Virus record (IMG/VR): IMGVR_UViG_3300043446_003193
Coordinates: 1 to 64,000 of that record
Length of the DNA: 64,000 nucleotides
Direction: 5' to 3' (one strand)
The translations under genes were made by a program, and so were the position numbers. Below the pieces are notes generated by a model. It was given only the letters and a program-made list of their open reading frames with translations, did no database searches and was not told the origin of the DNA. Below are positions 18,055 to 25,697 of this stretch, in pieces (the first letter of the stretch is position 1; each line of letters starts with the position of its first letter).

Positions 18055-18401
18055 TTTTGTTTTTCTATTTCATCATGTATTTCCATGTGACAATTACAAC
18101 ATACTAAAATACATTTATCTAATTCTTTTTTCATTTTTTCCCAACTTATACTAGGTCTTGATAAAGAATATTCTTTTTCACTTGGTTCTAAATGATGGAA
18201 TGCTAATGCTCTATTACATTTATCATATCCACATTTTTCACATTTACCACCTTTGTATTCAATCGCTTTGATTTTCATTTTATCTCTACGATTAGATACT
18301 GAAATAGATGCACATTTTTTACATCTATACGCACCATCTACTCTTAATACAAATTCAGTTTTTCCATGTGTTTTACATTCTTTAATTTCTGTCTTATTCA
18401 T
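18045..18401 (-). CDS. HNH endonuclease
   Basis: CKTHG, CKKC, CEKCG...LAFHHLEP...CILVCCNCHMEIH. Confidence 0.85.
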   Translation of the reverse strand: MNKTEIKECKTHGKTEFVLRVDGAYRCKKCASISVSNRRDKMKIKAIEYKGGKCEKCGYDKCNRALAFHHLEPSEKEYSLSRPSISWEKMKKELDKCILVCCNCHMEIHDEIEKQKLS

Positions 18402-18461
18402 AATATTCTTTATTATAAATATATTTGATTAACATTTTAAGTTAATCATTTATAGTTTTTG

Positions 18462-18542
18462 TGGGAGCAGAAGGACTTGAACCTACGAACTCAATGAGGG
18501 CGGATTTACAGTCCGCTGCAATTGCCACTATGCGATGCTCCC
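18462..18542 (-). tRNA. tRNA-Tyr(GTA)
   Basis: GCGGA-CT-GTA-AA-TCCGC, variable arm. Confidence 0.95.
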
Positions 18543-18581
18543 AAAACAAAAAACCCCAACTTAATTAAAAGTCAGGGTTTT
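18543..18581 (-). terminator. intrinsic terminator (putative attenuator 3:4 hairpin) immediately before tRNA-Tyr
   Basis: AAAACCCTGACTT-TTAATT-AAGTTGGGGTTTT followed by TTGTTTT. Confidence 0.8.
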
Positions 18582-18613
18582 CCATAAATTATTTAAAATA
18601 GACGTTCCTAACT

Positions 18614-18682
18614 TTACATACGAATACCACCCCAAATCTGATTCGGTGTACTACAAAGTGTATGTAATGTTAAGTTTTTCAT
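18614..18682 (-). CDS. putative attenuator leader peptide MKNLTLHTLCSTPNQIWGGIRM
   Basis: Manual translation; A-rich start context; overlaps alternative hairpins and precedes the terminator and tRNA array. Confidence 0.7.
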   Translation of the reverse strand: MKNLTLHTLCSTPNQIWGGIRM

Positions 18683-18699
18683 TTTTATTTTTTTTTAAG

Positions 18700-18970
18700 T
18701 AATTCAATTTCAAAATACGCCATCCAAGTCATGCTCTGGTTATTATCAGCCTCATCAAATTACTTTGTACACAAGCAGAGTTTAGAGGGAGGCGGTAACT
18801 CTTTGTAGTGTACTGCTACTAATCCGGCAATCTTTTATCGTCTCTGATTGCATTTTTATTGTGAAAATCCTCCCTAAAACACTTATTACCAATTTTATTA
18901 TATCGTTCTATCTTTTAGGTCATTTAAACGAACCGACTGTTGAATAAGAAACAGCCAAAAGGTTGACCAC
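18700..18970 (-). ncRNA. unassigned structured RNA region
   Basis: AGGGAGG/CCTCCCT, GCAATC/GATTGC, GTACAC/GTGTAC, GGTCA/TGACC and GGCTGTT/AACAGTC complementarities; no long ORF. Confidence 0.4.
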
Positions 18971-18974
18971 GAAA

Positions 18975-19047
18975 GAGCGAATGTGGGAATTGAACCCTAT
19001 CTTCCACCCCGTTAAGAGTGGTGTGCTTCCGTTACACTATATTCACT
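18975..19047 (-). tRNA. atypical tRNA with 8-nt anticodon loop (CTTAACGG); identity undetermined
   Basis: Acceptor AGTGAAT/ATTCGCT, D-arm GTGTAACGGAAGCAC, stem CCACT/GGTGG, T-loop TTCAATT. Confidence 0.6.
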
Positions 19048-19049
19048 TA

Positions 19050-19935
19050 AAATGAGTGAGATTACCTCATTGGGAGTACCAACTTTAGAAAGATTATTTG
19101 TTTCCTTTCCTATCCACTACCTTTTGAGTAGTACCGATACAATGTGGATGATTTGAGACTATCAGTCTTTGAGTTACGTCTTACTCTCTTTATACTCCGC
19201 TTCTTCAAATCTGCCGACCTGATTAAACCTTGCGGGTTTAGAAGTTTTTCCAAAGAATCACAGACCTCTTGCGGAGGTATCGTGGCAAGGAACAGCTCCC
19301 TACTATGTACACACCTTTCGTCCGTAACTGGCAAACACTTATGCTTTTATTTAAATTGAATAATCAAATCCGCATTTGATAAAAGGGTTGGTTTGTAGAT
19401 GGGTTCAGGTAGCGGTTTGCCAACCAGCTCCCTCAACTTTTGGCCGAGAGAATACTGAACTACCCGATGTGTTATCGTCAACACCATTTTTCAAGTCATC
19501 TTCATTAATAGGGATTGGTGTCCCACATTAAAGGTTAGTAACAACACCACTTGTACACCAACATACCTTACGTCCTTTCGGATAGCTTGGTTTTAAGACC
19601 ACTCTTAAATTGAATACCGCAATAGTGTAAAGTGATTAGCCTTACATTTCTTACAGGTATTCTATGGGTTATTCTTATTGTTCTTCCGAACTCAACCGAA
19701 GTATCTACTTACCCCGGTTATTCAAACTCTTCCGATATAGTGTTACCCTTTCGTACAAAGCTCAAATAATATCCCACTTGCATACTTAAGTTATTCTCTC
19801 CTTACGGGGAGAGTAACCGCAGATTGTGTAAACCTAACAATCCACTTTATCCTACTTTCGTAGTTTATTTGACGACCATATGCGGCCGTTGTTTACTATG
19901 TAGAAAAATCTACTATGTAAAATATTTTCAATCTT
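19050..19935 (-). ncRNA. large structured ncRNA, GOLLD-like
   Basis: ~870 nt with no convincing ORF, GC richer than flanks, many GNRA-capped hairpins (CCTCC-GCAA-GAGG, AAACCC-GCAA-GGTTT, CTAC-GAAA-GTAG); size and tRNA-cluster setting fit GOLLD. Confidence 0.55.
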
Positions 19936-19956
19936 TTAAAGAACTATTCGTTTTAA

Positions 19957-20342
19957 TAAATATAACAATAATTTTTTTTATTACCAAATATTTTTAAAAC
20001 TTTTTTTGTAAACTTGATAACGAGTATCTTTCATCACCTATTGTTTCTCATTTACTTATGTAATATACGATAATTTTTTTAAACTACCAAATATATTTTC
20101 AAAAAACTTTTAAGATGTTTGGTATCCGGCTTTCTTCCCTATTGGATAGGTCACTCAATCGGTTTTATTATTTGATGGCTTCAACCAATCATCTTAAATG
20201 TAAGATACGATAATTTTTTCAAACTACCAAATCTTTTTTATTTTTTTGTTGAACATTTTCGGCTGTGTTTACTTACACCATTTAATACTTCCTACTTCTG
20301 AACAACTTTGTAAAGATACGAAAACTTTTTCAAATTTCCAAA
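19957..20342 (-). promoter_or_regulatory. four tandem Bacteroidota-type promoters separated by short hairpin-forming units
   Basis: TTTGG(T/A)A-N-TAT(A/C)TT motifs at ~19957-19988, 20060-20091, 20200-20231 and 20311-20342. Confidence 0.7.
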
Positions 20343-20351
20343 TCTTTTTTG

Positions 20352-20424
<73 letters not shown>

Positions 20425-20432
20425 ATATTATG

Positions 20433-20832
20433 TGGAGATGAGGGGATTTGAACCCCTGTCTTACAAAGAACTAATAATACCAGCATATCACACGTTTATT
20501 TCAGTTTCTACTGAAAAAATATTTAATTTAGTTAAAGTGAGTTTAAGGGTTCAAATTAAAAAATAACTCTTCATAACGGAGTCTCACTGTCCTATACTTT
20601 TAGGTGTATTAAACCTTTGTAGACACTTCTGTTACTAGGCGTATGTGTACCGGCCCTATTGTTGTGATTAGGCTGCTACAGCGTAATCAGCACCTACAAA
20701 CGCCATTAAATCGTTGTAAGTCATTGTTGACATTTCGTCATTTATTGTTTTGTACATAGTTTAAAGAGGTATAGTACATATCTCTACGTGTGGTACTACT
20801 ATTTGCATTGCAATCAATTCCATAGCATCCCC
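20433..20832 (-). ncRNA. ssrA: tmRNA
   Basis: 5' GGGGATGCTATGGAATTGA, 3' T-arm plus CATCTCCA (G3:U70); tag frame 20745-20668 INDEMSTMTYNDLMAFVGADYAVAA*. Confidence 0.9.
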
Positions 20833-20947
20833 ATTCAAAGAACTACACAATAATTATATATTTTTGTGATTTGAATATCAAATATACGACAAATATTCCA
20901 AATTACCAAATAATTTTTAAAAAAAGTTATAAATAATTGAAAATCAA

Positions 20948-21379
20948 TCACTTATATATTAACTTAAATCCTAATGCTTTTGCTACTTTTTGTGATTTTA
21001 TGTTCCAATCATCTATTTCAATCTGTATTTTACCCCTTGTATGTTCCTTTATAACCAAATACAACAAATCTATAACTCCCAGTTTTCTTAAAGATGTAGG
21101 TTTTTTAGAAAATACATTATATAGGTAATATTCAGTATTACTATCTTCCCTTAACCAACAATAACAAAATGGATTTTCGTTTTTATATCCAACAAACATT
21201 TTTTCACCTTTTTGGATTCTATTCATAGCTTCTCCAACATCAAACATCCCATCCCAAACTATTTCTGAATTAAACAAATCTATACATTTTTGTATTTCGT
21301 TTTGATCAGTTGTTTCCTTTATTTGTATATCCGTTTTTCTATCAACCAATTCCGAATGATTTAATAAAAACTCTTTCAT
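20948..21379 (-). CDS. GNAT-fold acetyltransferase-like protein
   Basis: YLYNVF...RKLGV...IDDWNIKSQKVAKALGF. Confidence 0.6.
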   Translation of the reverse strand: MKEFLLNHSELVDRKTDIQIKETTDQNEIQKCIDLFNSEIVWDGMFDVGEAMNRIQKGEKMFVGYKNENPFCYCWLREDSNTEYYLYNVFSKKPTSLRKLGVIDLLYLVIKEHTRGKIQIEIDDWNIKSQKVAKALGFKLIYK

Positions 21380-22110
21380 TATAAAAATGTTTTTACTGAT
21401 TTTGTAATATCAAACCTGTCGTAAATTTTATTGTATTTTTCAATAAAATTATCGGTTAGTTTTAAATTACATTCAAAGTGTTGACTTGAATTTATCTTTT
21501 CCAATTTAAAATCTATTCCCAATTTATCACTCACCCATTCTTCCATTTCGGACATCTTATTAAAATCAAACCATTTTATTTTAGGATTATGATTGTGATA
21601 TGCAGAATGTGGTAACAATAATACACCAAGTATTCTTTTCAAATAATCATTATCGGCTGTAAGTCCGAATCGGTTTATAAACTCCGTTACAGTTTTATCT
21701 ATTTCATCTCTATCATTAATACTATATACATCATTTGAATTATAAAATAAAATATCATTTTCATTCAATTCTTTCATAATATGGAAAGAATGTATATCAC
21801 CCGACATATACACTTCATCTAAACAATGTTTCCACATAGAAATAAATCTTTCATGTCTATTCCTGTTTACTGCAATTATATCATAGTTGTAACCAAATTT
21901 TTCTTCTAAAAATACTATGGATTCATGTCCATGCACTAACATATCGGCAATATCTTCATTATTTATATTTGGATCGTAAACAAATTCCTTATTATCCAAT
22001 CTAGGTGTTATATGGTTTATAGAAATTCCTCTTTTGATACAAGAAATTACAAATGATGTTGAAGCACATCGCGGTAAATTAATATAAATAAATTTATTAC
22101 CAACTAACAT
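21379..22110 (-). CDS. sulfotransferase-family-2-like protein
   Basis: FIYINLPRCASTSF (PAPS loop) and VNRNRHERFISMW (RdP..R..S). Confidence 0.65.
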   Translation of the reverse strand: MLVGNKFIYINLPRCASTSFVISCIKRGISINHITPRLDNKEFVYDPNINNEDIADMLVHGHESIVFLEEKFGYNYDIIAVNRNRHERFISMWKHCLDEVYMSGDIHSFHIMKELNENDILFYNSNDVYSINDRDEIDKTVTEFINRFGLTADNDYLKRILGVLLLPHSAYHNHNPKIKWFDFNKMSEMEEWVSDKLGIDFKLEKINSSQHFECNLKLTDNFIEKYNKIYDRFDITKSVKTFL

Positions 22111-22128
22111 ATAACCTTTTTTTAACTA

Positions 22129-22209
22129 TTAAGAATTTGCAGAAACTATCAAAGCTCCAATGTTTGCCATTGTTTGATTAATTAAATTCTTTTCATTTAT
22201 TTCTATCAT
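22129..22209 (-). CDS. 26-aa peptide MIEINEKNLINQTMANIGALIVSANS
   Basis: Manual translation; fills the gap between the Hint protein and the sulfotransferase. Confidence 0.45.
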   Translation of the reverse strand: MIEINEKNLINQTMANIGALIVSANS

Positions 22210-22218
22210 AAAATAATT

Positions 22219-23742
22219 TTAACGAAGTGGACATTGTGGACCACATCCTGATTTACAAAGTCCTTCTGGTTCGCAACAATATGGGTATGATTTTGTGCAA
22301 GAGAAGCTTGAATAACAACTTCCATAATAACTATACGCACATCCAGGTAGGACGTTATGTTCAATTGCTACAAAAGAGGTACTATCTTCTGCAGAACCTC
22401 TGGTTAAAAATAAGTGTTCTCTTTCCACCGTTATTTCCCATCCACCAAAAAATTCTTGTACATTTTCTATACTTTGAACCTCTTTTTGAATAAAGGACGG
22501 AGTTTCGGAATTTGATGTGTCTAATAGGATAACACTATCACCCACTTTTAATCCCGTTTCTTCTGGTGATGGTGATTTAATTGTTAAAAATCTAACCTCT
22601 CCATTTTTAATACAAAGATATTTTGAATTTTCAGTATCTAACCAATCCGTACCATCTGTAAAAATTATCTTTGTAACATTACACCACATATCAACTCTTT
22701 CTTTATTCAAAACCGTGTTTGTTGAATATGTAGTACCCGCTTCTAACTCAGAAAAATTTATTTTATAATTTGCAAGTTCTACATCATTGTTTACTTCAAA
22801 TGGATTTGGTATATCAATCGTTTTAATAACATCACCCACTTCTAATTCTTGAGCAGTTTTTAAACTACCATCCCCCATTACCACATAATCACTATCCTGT
22901 AATTTAGGAATTTTTATGGAATCATCAGATGTTAGATATTTTCTTCTACCTTCAATCAATTCAAAAGTGGTTGGGTCATAAGTTGGAAGCGTTTCTAGGG
23001 AATCATTACAAAAAACCGTATAACCTCCTATTGATATTGATTCTAAATTTGGTGGAAATAATATATTTAGACTTCTTTTTAATTGTAAGTGTCCATTATA
23101 TAACTTATCTGGATTATACAAAAACTCCATTAAAAAATAATCTTCTGTTACATTTTGTAAAATAGTATCCAGTTCATCGCGAGTTGTTACTTTATAAAAT
23201 TTTGGATACTCCGCTTTGTTATAATCAGGGTATCTATATTTTAGAATAAAGTTTGGATGTCCACCATTATCATTGATATTTGTAATATTGTGTAATAGGA
23301 CACCAACTTGGTTTCTATAAGCAAATTGACACGCATATTCCTGATTTTGTATCAATTTCATATATCCAACCTTATCTCTACAATATTCATCATCCACCAC
23401 TGCACTCATATCATAAGCACTTCTAATGATTAGGATATCATCACTATCTTCAATGAAAGGGATTGTTGTAGCACCTAAATCAATACGAACAAATTCATAT
23501 TCTAATCCTAAATCATCGGTCAATATTCTAAGTTCATTATCTAAATAAGTAAAAGAACCGAGATATGTGATTTTATTAAAACACTTTTGAATGACAAATT
23601 CTTTCAAATCCGTTAAATCCAAAGAAGAATCGTTACTTTCTAATTTATATCTATGCCACCCAATACCAGTGTTGATTTCAATGGGTCTTAATCCTCCATC
23701 TTTATCGTACATAAAATCCGATCCAACTAATACGGTTCTCAT
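22219..23742 (-). CDS. ATP-grasp-like / Hint-domain / Cys-rich C-terminal fusion protein
   Basis: IEIN motif near the N-terminus; Hint-like VVMGDGSLKTAQELEVGD...EITVEREHLFL...IEHN; then a 44-aa tail with 8 Cys. Confidence 0.65.
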   Translation of the reverse strand: MRTVLVGSDFMYDKDGGLRPIEINTGIGWHRYKLESNDSSLDLTDLKEFVIQKCFNKITYLGSFTYLDNELRILTDDLGLEYEFVRIDLGATTIPFIEDSDDILIIRSAYDMSAVVDDEYCRDKVGYMKLIQNQEYACQFAYRNQVGVLLHNITNINDNGGHPNFILKYRYPDYNKAEYPKFYKVTTRDELDTILQNVTEDYFLMEFLYNPDKLYNGHLQLKRSLNILFPPNLESISIGGYTVFCNDSLETLPTYDPTTFELIEGRRKYLTSDDSIKIPKLQDSDYVVMGDGSLKTAQELEVGDVIKTIDIPNPFEVNNDVELANYKINFSELEAGTTYSTNTVLNKERVDMWCNVTKIIFTDGTDWLDTENSKYLCIKNGEVRFLTIKSPSPEETGLKVGDSVILLDTSNSETPSFIQKEVQSIENVQEFFGGWEITVEREHLFLTRGSAEDSTSFVAIEHNVLPGCAYSYYGSCYSSFSCTKSYPYCCEPEGLCKSGCGPQCPLR

Positions 23743-23743
23743 C

Positions 23744-24007
23744 TTATATTAAAGATTTTTTCTTTTTTAAATTAAGGAACTTTTCATCTACCGAATCCCA
23801 TTTACCTTTAGGACATGCACCCGTTACTGGTGAAAACACTTTTGCCTTTAGAGCACATCCACAAACGGTACACTTATTAAATGGTTTTGATTCTTTAAAC
23901 TCACAACCATTACAAATTTGGATTCTTTCAGATGCAAGTTCGGCTTGAGAATCATTAGGGTTAAATGAAATTCCCCAAGCAGTAAATATTTCTACTATCT
24001 TATTCAT
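23744..24007 (-). CDS. small Cys-rich metal-binding protein (DUF6171-like)
   Basis: RIQICNGC...CTVCGC...ACPKGKW. Confidence 0.7.
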   Translation of the reverse strand: MNKIVEIFTAWGISFNPNDSQAELASERIQICNGCEFKESKPFNKCTVCGCALKAKVFSPVTGACPKGKWDSVDEKFLNLKKKKSLI

Positions 24008-24047
24008 ATTATATAACTATTTGTATTTATAAATATACGGAAAATAA

Positions 24048-24569
24048 TTAAGATTTCCAATGTTTATTAGGTCGTTCCCACCAAAAGGTCAAGTCCTCAT
24101 TCGTAGCATCATAATAATCACCTACAAAATCAGATTTAAAACGAGAGTGGATGTTTTCGTATAGAGCAAGTGTAATCAACTTCTTAGATGGTTCTAATCT
24201 TTTTCTAACCCAATCTATAATGTGTGAATAGTTTCCACCTCTAATCACCCCAGCTTCAACAAATATAATGGATTTAAATTGAAAGTATTTTGCATGTAAT
24301 TTAAAATTCTCATACATTTCATCCATATACTTTTTATTCCAAACTTCATCCGGATATGGAACTTCAATACCAAATCCATCACATACTTCACCATCCCACG
24401 ATAAATGGTGTCTTAACCACATACCCACATGGGCAGAATAATCGGTAGATACGGTAACTATAACCGAATTAGATGCATTGAAGCCGGCAGCCAATAATTC
24501 ATCCCCTAACTTATTTGTTAGTGATATCTCATTCTCAATCGTAATTAATTTTTCTGGAAGCACTATCAA
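24048..24569 (-). CDS. phosphoribosyltransferase-like protein
   Basis: IIFVEAGVIRGGNY resembles a degenerate PRPP loop; LTFWWE C-terminus. Confidence 0.55.
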   Translation of the reverse strand: MIVLPEKLITIENEISLTNKLGDELLAAGFNASNSVIVTVSTDYSAHVGMWLRHHLSWDGEVCDGFGIEVPYPDEVWNKKYMDEMYENFKLHAKYFQFKSIIFVEAGVIRGGNYSHIIDWVRKRLEPSKKLITLALYENIHSRFKSDFVGDYYDATNEDLTFWWERPNKHWKS

Positions 24570-24604
24570 AAATTTTTAGGTTTACGACTATTTTACCCCA
24601 GCCC

Positions 24605-25240
24605 CTATTTAAATTTTAATCCTGTAAGTTTTTCTATATCCTCTCTCAAAACTTCATGCGATTTCAATCCTGATGGTTTGTCTGCCACATTATCAAATGA
24701 AAAGAAAAACCATTCACCTGTTTTTTTAATATGTACAACTTTCCAACACTCTTTTGGAACTGCTACTTTACCTATTCTTTTAATCTCACCAACATTCCCC
24801 GCCCAAATGTGAACTGAATCATCTTTGACTGCCCATTCTCTTGTTGCAGTTTCCAATGATTTCCAATCTCCTGCATTTAATGAATGATATTGAGCTGCCA
24901 TATTACTCATATAGAAACATTCAATTTGAACGTCTGCAGTTTGACATTGATTAGATGCCGCAGGAGACATATGTCCTCTATCAAATCCACTTCCTACATA
25001 ATCTGCTTTAATATCAGTTAATTCAACCGCTTGTGGGTCTGGTTGGAATGCATCTTTTCTTGGTAATGGATTTGGACAACCAACTTTTGCTTTGGTTTCC
25101 CACCACTCTACCATTACTGGATATCTTTTTGATTTACTGAAATGTGATGTGTAGTTTGTATGTTTTAATACTACGATGTCTTGAGAGAATGTAACTACAA
25201 ATAAAAATAACAATGTAGTCAATAACAATAATTTTTTCAT
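24605..25240 (-). CDS. secreted DNA/RNA non-specific endonuclease (NucA/EndG family)
   Basis: Signal peptide; DRGHMSPAA, FYMSNMAAQ..LNAGDWKSLE. Confidence 0.9.
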   Translation of the reverse strand: MKKLLLLTTLLFLFVVTFSQDIVVLKHTNYTSHFSKSKRYPVMVEWWETKAKVGCPNPLPRKDAFQPDPQAVELTDIKADYVGSGFDRGHMSPAASNQCQTADVQIECFYMSNMAAQYHSLNAGDWKSLETATREWAVKDDSVHIWAGNVGEIKRIGKVAVPKECWKVVHIKKTGEWFFFSFDNVADKPSGLKSHEVLREDIEKLTGLKFK

Positions 25241-25244
25241 AAAT

Positions 25245-25661
25245 TTAGAAGATTATAATTACACCCAATAGGATTGCAATTTTGATTAATAATGATGTAT
25301 ATTCGGGTTTAATATGTATAATTTTTGCCACTTTTCTAATAAATAAATCAGTACCTGCTGTCATTCCAACCGATAACCAATCTCTTTTCAATACAATTTT
25401 ATTTACAAACAAATCAAATGCAGCCCAAAATAAAACTGCAAATATCATCATCCATTTAAAACCAAATCCAAAATATAAAAACCCATAAACGGTTAAGTGA
25501 TTTATACCTTTCCATTTGTGCCATCCTTTATTGTGTATATGATATGCTGTTTGTGGATCAGAATTAACTAAATCTCTTTCTAAGAATTGATGTTTTTGAT
25601 AAACTACCCAAGATATTAAATGAACAATCATCAATACAACTAAAGCAATGGATGTTAGCAT
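25245..25661 (-). CDS. membrane protein
   Basis: About four hydrophobic helices. Confidence 0.65.
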   Translation of the reverse strand: MLTSIALVVLMIVHLISWVVYQKHQFLERDLVNSDPQTAYHIHNKGWHKWKGINHLTVYGFLYFGFGFKWMMIFAVLFWAAFDLFVNKIVLKRDWLSVGMTAGTDLFIRKVAKIIHIKPEYTSLLIKIAILLGVIIIF

Positions 25662-25697
25662 GGTAATTAATTTAAGAATAAATATATCAAAATTATA

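Noticed and set aside
13800-19359. ORFs overlapping tRNAs or the large RNA (13800-14087, 15055-15402, 17498-17909, 17809-18015, 19110-19359)
   Set aside because: These are translations of structured RNA genes.
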